11,691 nucleotides of DNA from Armatimonadota bacterium (GTDB lineage Bacteria; Armatimonadota; Armatimonadia; Armatimonadales; Armatimonadaceae), in NCBI GenBank assembly GCA_043754515.1, contig JAYUUO010000152.1, positions 1 through 11,691 on the forward strand. The letters are read 5' to 3'. Both the position numbers and the translations under genes were made by a program. The notes below the pieces were generated by a model, which had not been told where the DNA came from, searched no databases, and saw nothing but the letters and a program-made list of their open reading frames with translations. Shown here piece after piece: positions 1 through 6,045 of the stretch. Within the stretch, counting starts at the first letter, position 1, and each line of letters opens with the position of its first letter.

Positions 1-1
1 A

Positions 2-67
2 CGTGGCCTCGGCTCGCTCTAAATAGCGACCGAGCCAGAATAAGGAATCGGCTTCACGGGATAACAT
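2..67 (-). CDS. Alpha-E domain-containing protein (DUF403), 5' end only; continues off the left edge
   Basis: Not in the ORF track. Manual translation from ATG at 67-65 gives MLSREADSLFWLGRYLERAEAT, matching the typical alpha-E N-terminus MLSR.A..L(F/Y)W.GRY.ERAE. Confidence 0.9.
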   Translation of the reverse strand, partial: MLSREADSLFWLGRYLERAEAT

Positions 68-116
68 AAAAAAAGGGGCACGGAACGTGGGCGGGCACCG
101 CTCTGCTGTTCTCGCC

Positions 117-145
117 ATTATACGCAGTCACTAACGCTCCGTCAA
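117..145 (-). promoter_or_regulatory. Sigma70-type promoter for the alpha-E gene
   Basis: The minus strand reads TTGACG (145-140), a 17-nt spacer, then TATAAT (122-117), about 50 nt upstream of the ATG. Confidence 0.8.
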
Positions 146-682
146 GAAATCGTATTACCTCGCTAAAAATTTAACTCTCCGGAGGCGCGGGGCGAGACGG
201 CGTCCGCCTACGGGTTCTATCGGCTGGTTGAGGTACGATTCCTCTCGCTCCGGGGCAAAACCGCGCCCAGTGTCGCCGCTACGGAAGCACCCGTCTCGAA
301 CGCGCAAATCGCCCGCTTGCAGGGGAGGAGTGATCGGCCCGGTCGCGCGGCTACGAAAGCCGTCCCATGCCAACAAAGTTCGGAACCGGTGCTTTTCGAT
401 GGCCCCGGATACACGCCGAACGGTTCTCCACGGTTAGTTCGTGTCCACGCGCCGCGCGTTTGCGTGCCGATCCGCGCTTGTCGTCGGCGGCACTAAACGT
501 GTATAAGATGTGTAGATGCCCGCGACGAACGCTACCGAGGCCGCGTAGGGGTGCCGAGCGATTTGTGGGGATTCGCTCACCCGGTGGCCGCGCTTCACAT
601 CCCGACCCTTCGAGCGACGACCACTTCAGGCTTCGCTTCCTGTCCCACTCATGAATACACGATTCCCGCAGGTTCGCGAGCG

Positions 683-1831
683 ATGAACGACGCGGAGGAG
701 CCGCGAGACAAGTTACGCCTCCCGTATCTCGACGGGGTGCGGGGCTTTAACACATTATATGTGGTCGTCTTTCACGCCTTACAGTTGTCCCCCGCGCACA
801 ACAATGTGTGGGTTGCCCCGTTCCTGTTCGGTCACTACGCCGTCACCGTCTTCATCGTCCTCTCGGGATACTCCCTGATGTTCTCCGTCGCGCATGGTCG
901 TGACGTCCGAACCTTCGTGGAGTGGCAGGAGTACGCCCAGCGACGCGCATGGCGCATCTTGCCTCCCTACTACGCGTCACTGATTTTGGGGTTGCTACTT
1001 TTCGTCGCGGTGCGAATCGTGACTCATCGCGACTTCTACTCCGGCTCCGGCCTCTACCGGAAGTCGCCGATGGCCGTAGACAACCTTCTGGCGCATGTTC
1101 TGGTTGAAGCCCGAGTGGACCTTCGTCAGCCCAAACCCGCCACTCTGGAGCGTGGCGACGGAGTGGCAGATCTACTGGCTCTTTCCGCTGATTTTGTTAC
1201 CATTCTGGCGGATCGGCAAGTGGTGGATCGGGCCTCCGCTGGCGATGCTGATCACTGTACCACTGTATTATATTCTACCGGATTATCGCTTCGTTTCTCC
1301 CTGGTTCGCGGCCGTCTTTGCTCTCGGGGCTGGAGCCGCCGTCCTGTCCGAAGATCCGAAGCGTAACCCGCGACTCCTGTGCATCATCGGCTTATCCTGT
1401 TCCCTTATTTTATTAGTCGTCTTCTCCCTGTGCGCCCACTTCTTCGGTGCCAACGTGGCGAGGAGCGTCATTCGGACGCGGGACTACTGGTACACGGATT
1501 TCATCTTGGGAGTCGGGGTCGCTGTCTTGCTTCTCTACTTGAGAGTGAGGAACCGGTCGTGGGTGGAGAACGGGCAAGCTGTTGAGTCGGACAATCCGCT
1601 GTCTCACCCCTTTTCTGTACTTCTTGGGAGGTTCTCCTACAGCCTTTACCTGACACACTTCGGCGTGCTGTACGTGGCCACGATGGCGTTCCCTAACATG
1701 GATGCTCTCCACGGCGTGCGCTACTGGCTGGCGAAGCTGTTTGCATACTGGTGGTGGTGGTGGTCGGGTACTTGTTTTACCTAGTCGTCGAGAGACGCGC
1801 GAAGGGAGCCATTAGCCGCGTCGCGACTTAA
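683..1831 (+). pseudogene. Acyltransferase family 3 (OafA/YrhL-like membrane O-acyltransferase), interrupted by two frameshifts (pseudogene or sequencing error)
   Basis: ATG at 683. Motifs YLDGVRG...VVVFH, AVTVFIVLSGY and RRAWRILPPYY lie in frame A. PLWSVATEWQIY and LGRFSYSLYLTH lie in the 1095-1784 frame after a shift near 1103. The C-terminal ILVVVVVGYLFYLVVERRAKGAISRVAT* is back in frame A after a shift near 1740-1744, with TAA at 1829-1831. Confidence 0.85.
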
Positions 1832-1942
1832 CAGGCATACTAGGTCGTCTGGTGCCCCGCGCGTCGGACGTTTGTTCCGACTCCCGCCGGCGAAATAGCC
1901 GCAACGGGCGTGGCGCGGCGTTTCCCTGGGACTTCCGCCCTA

Positions 1943-1972
1943 TTGCCCCGTGATTGCTCGCGGCGGTATACT
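1943..1972 (+). promoter_or_regulatory. Putative sigma70 promoter of the lipid operon
   Basis: TTGCCC (1943-1948), an 18-nt spacer, then TATACT (1967-1972). A GAGGA SD-like motif precedes ATG 2011. Confidence 0.55.
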
Positions 1973-2010
1973 TGCGGCGGAAGAGTTGTTGCAAGAGGAC
2001 AGGCGAACGA

Positions 2011-2901
2011 ATGGAACATATGACCCACGAGAGTGGCGCGGTGATCTACAACCCGACGGCGGGGCGTGGGCAAGGCGGGACACTGTACAAAGAAGCGCAG
2101 GAGCTACTCGGCGGGAGTTTTACCTGGATTCCGACGCGCAAGCCGGGTCACGCGGAAGAATTGGCCCGCGAGGCCGCCAAAACGCACCCGGTCGTGGTCG
2201 CCATGGGCGGCGACGGTACGGTTGGGGATGTCATGCGCGGCATCCTCGGCTCAGACGCGACGCTCGGCATTCTGCCCGCCGGGACCGGCAACGACCTCGC
2301 GCGTAACCTCGGCCTCAAACTCGAACTACGCGAATCCGCCTCCACTATTCTCGGCGGCGTAGTGCGCAAGATTGACGTCGGGGTGATCAACGGCGTCCCG
2401 TTCATCAACAACTGCGGCACCGGGTTTGACGCGCAGGTGATGAAAACGATGAACACCTCCATCCGGTTCACGAAGGGCTACTTCGCGTTCCTGCTCGCCA
2501 TCATGAAGACACTGCCGACTTACAAACCGTTCACGCTTTCGATGGAGTACGAGAACGCCGAAGGACGGCAGAAGTTCTCCGAGAAGGCATTGCTGGTCTC
2601 CGCCCTGAACGGCAGGATGTACGGCGGCGGTATGATGGCCGCCCCACACGCCGAGATGGATGATGGGCACCTGGACGTGCTGGTGATCTCGGCGGTCCCT
2701 AAGATACAGTTGCTCCCGCTCATCGGTCAGGTGCGCGCGGGAACCCACCTTAACCATAAGGCGGTACGGATGCTCAAGGTGCGCAAGTTCACGATGCAGA
2801 CCATCCCGCCGCAGCCGCTCAATATTGATGGCGACGTGAAGGGCCTGACCCCGGCGAGCGTGGAAGTACGCCCGAACTCGCTCAAGGTGCTGGTACGGTG
2901 A
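2011..2901 (+). CDS. Diacylglycerol/lipid kinase, YegS/Rv2252/BmrU (DgkB-like) family
   Basis: Motifs IYNPTAG, MGGDGT, GILPAGTGNDLAR, FINNCGTGFD, NGRMYGGG, DDGHLDV and NIDGD. Start is ATG 2011 or 2020. Confidence 0.93.
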   Translation: MEHMTHESGAVIYNPTAGRGQGGTLYKEAQELLGGSFTWIPTRKPGHAEELAREAAKTHPVVVAMGGDGTVGDVMRGILGSDATLGILPAGTGNDLARNLGLKLELRESASTILGGVVRKIDVGVINGVPFINNCGTGFDAQVMKTMNTSIRFTKGYFAFLLAIMKTLPTYKPFTLSMEYENAEGRQKFSEKALLVSALNGRMYGGGMMAAPHAEMDDGHLDVLVISAVPKIQLLPLIGQVRAGTHLNHKAVRMLKVRKFTMQTIPPQPLNIDGDVKGLTPASVEVRPNSLKVLVR

Positions 2902-3707
2902 GTGGCAGGTACGCCGCGCTGATCACGGCGGGCGGGCGTCTCGCGCCTGACATGGAACGCGTCTGCGGGACTCGTCTCAAAGCCCTCGCCCCGCTCCGCG
3001 ACGCGCTGTTCATCGAGCACGTGATCGTAGCCCTGCGTGACTCGGGCGCGGTGTCGGCGATAGCGGTTGTCGGCCCCGTCGGCGAACTGAGCGCGGCGGG
3101 TGTTGTCGCGGATGTGTGGGCGGACGAGGGCGCGACCGGCCCCGAAAACATCCGTCGCGGAATCGTCGCCTTGCGTGAAGCTGGCTATCTGGGGGGTGAA
3201 GAGCGTCTATTACTCTGCGCGACGGACGCGGTTTTTCTACACGCCGACACGGTGTGTGAGCTGATACGTGTCGCCGAAACGCGCCCGGACGCGGATGTTG
3301 TGTTTCCCGTCGTGCGCGAGGGTGATTACGAGTCGCGCTTCGCCGGTTCGCCGAATGTGTACGCGTCGCTCGCCGACGGCTCTCTGACCGGGAGTAGCGT
3401 CCAGATCGTGCGTCCCGCCGCGATGGAGCGTTGCCTTCCGCAGATCGAGCGGGCGTTCGCGGCGCGTAAATCGCAGTGGGAGATGGCAAAACTGCTCGGT
3501 ATCGGCGTCATCTGTCAGTTCCTGACGCGGACGCTGACCATCGCCGCCGCCGAGGCGCGGATCGCCGCCGTCACCGGGCTGATCGTCTACGCGCCGGTGT
3601 TCGCCGACCCGCGCGTCGCCGCCGATGTTGACACGCTTGGGGACTACGAGTTCGCGCTGAAACTTGTGCGCGACGAGGCGGCGGGGGGGGCGTTGTTGCG
3701 ATCATGA
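2898..3707 (+). CDS. NTP transferase domain protein (MobA/GlmU/IspD-like GT-A fold), substrate unknown
   Basis: N-terminal ALITAGG...KAL, central LLLCATD and C-terminal DVDT..D motifs. The GTG start overlaps the upstream stop (GTGA at 2898-2901). Confidence 0.8.
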   Translation: MSGRYAALITAGGRLAPDMERVCGTRLKALAPLRDALFIEHVIVALRDSGAVSAIAVVGPVGELSAAGVVADVWADEGATGPENIRRGIVALREAGYLGGEERLLLCATDAVFLHADTVCELIRVAETRPDADVVFPVVREGDYESRFAGSPNVYASLADGSLTGSSVQIVRPAAMERCLPQIERAFAARKSQWEMAKLLGIGVICQFLTRTLTIAAAEARIAAVTGLIVYAPVFADPRVAADVDTLGDYEFALKLVRDEAAGGALLRS

Positions 3708-4795
3708 GTGGCTGGGAGCAGATGGCGCGCGACGCGCAGGAGAAGGCGGGTGCCGCGGCTCGGGATGCGCAAGGCCGTGCGCGGCAGATCGCCGAGGAAC
3801 GCTTAAAAGAGGCGCAGGAGCGAATCCGGGAGGCGCAAGAGTCCGCGACTCAACTCGCCCGTCAGCGGGCGGAGGAGGCGCAGGAGCTGGCCCGCCGCGC
3901 CGCCGAGACGATGCCGCGCGGTATGTTGGTGCGCCTCCTGTCGTTCGTGATCGGCATCCCGCTGTTGCCGCTTCTGGTGTTCGCGTACGGCACGGGACAG
4001 TATGCTGGGTTGCCGTTCACGTTCGCCACGGCGGCGTGCGCGACCATCGGCCTGTTCGAGTATTTCCGCGGGTTACGGTTTCGCGGGTACGCCCCGATTG
4101 ACGCCCCGGCGTACCTCGCGGTGATCCTGTTGCAGTTCGCGGCGTGGAACGTCAGCCGGGGGCACCTGATTAACTTCATCCCGGTCCTGCTCGCCGTGTC
4201 TACGCTCGGGACCACGATCTACGCCATCCTGCGCAAAAATAAGGAGCCGCTGGTCAACATCTCGCTGACTATCTTCGGCGTCGTGTACGTCGGCTGGCTG
4301 TTCTCCTACCTGGTGTTTTTGCGTTCGCTCCCTGGCACGGTGGCCGTGCCACTCTTGTTCGGGGGGCACTTCCCGGTGGCGGCGCGCGGGGCATGGCTGG
4401 TGCTGTACGTGTTCGCGACGACCTGGGGCGCGGACGCCGGGGCGTACTTCGTGGGGATGCGTTGGGGCAAAAAACCGCTCGCTCCGCGCCTATCGCCGAA
4501 GAAGACAGTGGAAGGCGCGGTCGGCGGCGTGCTGGCTGCTACGCTGATGTCGGTGCTGTGGGGCACTTGGATAGGGCTACCGTGGTGGCACTGCCTGATC
4601 CTCGGGCCTATACTCGGTATGCTCGGCGAGGTCGGGGATCTAGCAGAGTCGGCACTCAAGCGCGACCTGGGAATCAAGGACTTCGGCGGCATCCTGCCCG
4701 GCCACGGTGGAGTGCTAGACCGCTTCGATTCGATACTGTTCGCCGCGCCCGTCGCTTATTATTACCTGGTCATTGTCGTCCCGCGCCTACACTGA
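3704..4795 (+). CDS. cdsA: Phosphatidate cytidylyltransferase (CDP-diacylglycerol synthase) with an approximately 70-aa N-terminal helical extension
   Basis: Multiple TM segments. Motifs DAGAYFVG, LAPRLSPKKTVEG and GDLAESALKRDLGIKDFGGILPGHGGVLDRFDS (CTP_transf_1 signature). ATGA overlap with the upstream stop. Confidence 0.95.
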   Translation: MSGWEQMARDAQEKAGAAARDAQGRARQIAEERLKEAQERIREAQESATQLARQRAEEAQELARRAAETMPRGMLVRLLSFVIGIPLLPLLVFAYGTGQYAGLPFTFATAACATIGLFEYFRGLRFRGYAPIDAPAYLAVILLQFAAWNVSRGHLINFIPVLLAVSTLGTTIYAILRKNKEPLVNISLTIFGVVYVGWLFSYLVFLRSLPGTVAVPLLFGGHFPVAARGAWLVLYVFATTWGADAGAYFVGMRWGKKPLAPRLSPKKTVEGAVGGVLAATLMSVLWGTWIGLPWWHCLILGPILGMLGEVGDLAESALKRDLGIKDFGGILPGHGGVLDRFDSILFAAPVAYYYLVIVVPRLH

Positions 4796-4833
4796 TTGGC
4801 GTGGTCTAGAAGAGGTCACATGGGCGAGCAGAA

Positions 4834-4883
4834 CGCGACATTGATAATTCGTCACGACACAATGACAAATTATCAATGTCGCG
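4834..4883. repeat. 21-bp inverted repeat (1 mismatch, 8-nt spacer) overlapping the MNT start codon; probable operator or hairpin
   Basis: CGCGACATTGATAATTCGTCA (4834-4854), spacer CGACACAA, then TGACAAATTATCAATGTCGCG (4863-4883). The outer 16 bp are perfectly complementary. Confidence 0.9.
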
Positions 4884-5469
4884 AATCCTTGACGCCCTTA
4901 TGCCGCGAACCCGACAACGGGTTCTGGCGACGCTTCTGCTAAACCCGGAGCGGGAATGGTACCTGACTGAAATCGCCTCTGCTGTAGGGATGCAACCGGC
5001 AAACCTACAGCGCGAGATGAAGTCGCTCGCTGATGGCGGTATCGTTTCGCAACGACGTGACGGCAACCGGGTGTATTATCGCGTTGAGGAGGACGCGCCT
5101 TACTATCAGCCACTCCGCGAATCGTTCTCTAGAACAGTCGGTGTTGTCAGTGTCATGCGACAGCGGCTTGTTCCTGTGTTGAAACCGAGGGACATCGCCT
5201 TCGTTTTTGGCTCGTTCGCTCGTGGAGAGGAAGGAGCGGTGAGTGATGTTGACCTCCTGGTCATCAAAGACACGTCGCTATTCGGTTTGTCGCTTCCGAT
5301 AAGGGGCTTGGAAGAAGGAGTGTTGCGCAGTGTCAACGCCGTGACCTATTCGGTGCCAGAGTTTCGCCCGAAGTGGCGGTCAAAGAACCACTTCATTGTC
5401 ACTGTGGTAGGATCTCCCAATCTGTTTTTGAAAGGGTGTGAAAATGACCTGGCGGAACTTACTAGATGA
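4876..5469 (+). CDS. Winged-HTH (ArsR-like) fused to a minimal nucleotidyltransferase (MntA-like antitoxin of HEPN/MNT systems)
   Basis: N-terminal wHTH (WYLTEIASAVGMQPANLQREMKSL...RRDGNRVYY) and the Pol-beta NTase motif FVFGSFARGE...SDVDLLVI. Confidence 0.88.
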   Translation: MSRILDALMPRTRQRVLATLLLNPEREWYLTEIASAVGMQPANLQREMKSLADGGIVSQRRDGNRVYYRVEEDAPYYQPLRESFSRTVGVVSVMRQRLVPVLKPRDIAFVFGSFARGEEGAVSDVDLLVIKDTSLFGLSLPIRGLEEGVLRSVNAVTYSVPEFRPKWRSKNHFIVTVVGSPNLFLKGCENDLAELTR

Positions 5470-5600
5470 TAGACAAATCCGTGCACACCACACGAGTAGA
5501 CAAGAGTTGCATGCCGCGTTGGTTTGAAGTTTCCGTAACGTGACAAATGCAGAAGTGGCGTAAGTTTCGCCCATGCTGACTCGCGCTTGTCAGCCAGCGT
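5444..5600 (+). pseudogene. Decayed remnant of the HEPN-like partner of the MNT gene
   Basis: ATG at 5444 overlaps the MNT 3' end and follows AAAGGGTG. It reads MTWRNLLDDRQIRAHHTSRQELHAALV*SFRNVTNAEVA*VSP with stops at 5525-5527 and 5561-5563. From recall, this resembles the N-terminus of HEPN-like proteins that follow wHTH-MNT genes (H.TS.QE......RDL.DA....LS.D). The 3' limit is approximate. Confidence 0.6.
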
Positions 5601-5610
5601 ACTGGCTGAC
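5589..5610. terminator. Perfect 9-bp hairpin between convergent genes (possible terminator)
   Basis: GTCAGCCAG-cgta-CTGGCTGAC. There is no long U-tract on either side. Confidence 0.4.
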
Positions 5611-5684
5611 GGGTAAACCTGGGCGGTGAGTGCATCCGGCTTGGTCCGCCGCGCGACTACCGCCCGAAGGATGTACTGTTTTGT

Positions 5685-5951
5685 CTACGCTTCGCCCTGA
5701 TGCCCGTACGCCTCGGCTTGTGTCCCGACACCTTCCTGCTTCGCCCAGTGGTTGCACGCGGAGGAGCCGCTAACTAGCAACGCGAACGGCTTGAGTGCCG
5801 GCTGGAGGCACAGACCGACCATCGGTATGTCGCTCTGCGGGCGGGGGGTGTCCGTTGACCAGAAGGAGCACGTCACGCACGCGCCGACGTTCTGCGCCAC
5901 CGGCAGGGCTAATGCCTTCTTGGCGTCGTTGTAATGGTTATAGAGGGGCAT
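5685..5951 (-). CDS. Small 4-Cys protein, HiPIP-like putative [4Fe-4S] (or Zn) binding, with no signal peptide
   Basis: C25-x2-C28(SFW)-x19-(GL)C48-x17-C66-x2-W69. AAGGA SD upstream. Co-oriented downstream of the AAA+ gene. Confidence 0.65.
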   Translation of the reverse strand: MPLYNHYNDAKKALALPVAQNVGACVTCSFWSTDTPRPQSDIPMVGLCLQPALKPFALLVSGSSACNHWAKQEGVGTQAEAYGHQGEA

Positions 5952-6045
5952 CGGTTCGGTATCCTTATCACGCGGCGGTGACGCCGCGTTGCGTTGTGTT
6001 GACTACACACGCGTTGTACCCGCCCCCCGACCGTATAAACCGCCG

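Noticed and set aside
245..255. 11-bp match TCGCTCCGGGG, also present at 7446-7456
   Set aside because: Short and GC-rich, compatible with chance. There is no mobile-element context.
155..437. Short ORFs as a remnant of the ATP-grasp partner of alpha-E
   Set aside because: No trace of the conserved C-terminal NSSQGGGSKDTW-type motif in the minus-strand translations examined.
551..682. N-terminal extension of the acyltransferase ORF from 551
   Set aside because: Family similarity begins just after ATG 683, and the upstream part looks non-coding.
1749..1764. (TGG)5 repeat / poly-Trp as a phase-variation tract
   Set aside because: Triplet unit changes cannot shift the frame. In the correct frame it encodes a Val run of a TM helix.
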